64,000 nt of DNA from the NCBI GenBank assembly GCA_965218585.1, contig CBDCLE010000002.1:352001-416000 (forward strand), in the 5' to 3' direction. Origin of the DNA: Terriglobia bacterium. GTDB taxonomy: Bacteria > Acidobacteriota > Terriglobia > 20CM-2-55-15. How positions within the stretch are numbered: the first letter of the stretch is position 1; each line of letters starts with the position of its first letter. Below the pieces are notes generated by a model, which saw only the letters and a list, made by a program, of their open reading frames with translations, was not told where the DNA came from and did no database searches. Positions 63,781 to 64,000 of this stretch are shown piece after piece. The position numbers were made by a program, and so were the translations under genes.

Positions 63781-63847
63781 CGTTCCGACGCCTCACCGAC
63801 GACGAGCGGTCGAATGCCTCGCGCTGTCGGCAGAAGTCTGGAAACGG

Positions 63848-64000
63848 CTATGTCGCCAAGTTCAGTTTCTTTGCGTTAAACGTGTCTCCTTTCTTCCACA
63901 TCTTCAGTGCGGTCGCTGCAATCTTCCTCGCCAGTGTCAGCCGAGCCATCTCCTTACGCTTGCCGTCTTTCTGGAGCCCCTCCAGGTAGCTTTTCCAAGG
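63848..64000 (-). CDS. IS110-family recombinase, C-terminal 50 aa
   Basis: Manual translation PWKSYLEGLQKDGKRKEMARLTLARKIAATALKMWKKGDTFNAKKLNLAT*; ARK...W..G..F is the typical IS110 C-terminus. Confidence 0.78.
   Translation of the reverse strand, partial: PWKSYLEGLQKDGKRKEMARLTLARKIAATALKMWKKGDTFNAKKLNLAT

Larger units (their letters stand above)
63460..64000 (-). mobile_element. IS110/IS1111-type element, 3' end (partial)
   Basis: Transposase C-terminus plus about 390 bp of non-coding end finishing TTGACAgccccttccatagaa; boundary uncertain by +/-2 nt. Confidence 0.8.

Overview
Bacterial genomic window, most consistent with an Acidobacteriota genome (inferred from gene content, not proven). 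Positions 1-15.3 kb hold intact housekeeping genes: acs, ferredoxin, acyl-CoA ligase, M28 peptidase, FAD/Fe-S oxidase, aldo-keto reductase and a hydrolase. Positions 15.3-64 kb are one flagellar supercluster: motAB, flbD, a nonulosonic-acid-type flagellin glycosylation island, two fliC, fliDS, a methyltransferase/Wzt glycan island, csrA-fliW, flgLK(N)MJIHAGF, fliNMA, flhFAB and fliRQ, with recognisable sigma54 and sigma28 promoters. The cluster appears to be decaying. It carries seven mobile insertions (IS1380, IS256, an IS1380-type MITE, a group II intron in flgI, IS1182, IS3 and an IS110/IS1111-type element in fliQ), plus frameshifts in six host genes and in the intron RT; the housekeeping part has neither. 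The most striking detail is at the right edge. The 3' non-coding end of the IS110-type element folds into two internal-loop stems. One loop matches the fliQ insertion site and the other matches the element's own end, which suggests a bridge/seek RNA readable from the sequence. Also noted: an orphan antisense sigma28 promoter, an unannotated 44-aa CxxC-CxxC microprotein, and an orphan Wzt converging on a stand-alone coiled-coil gene.
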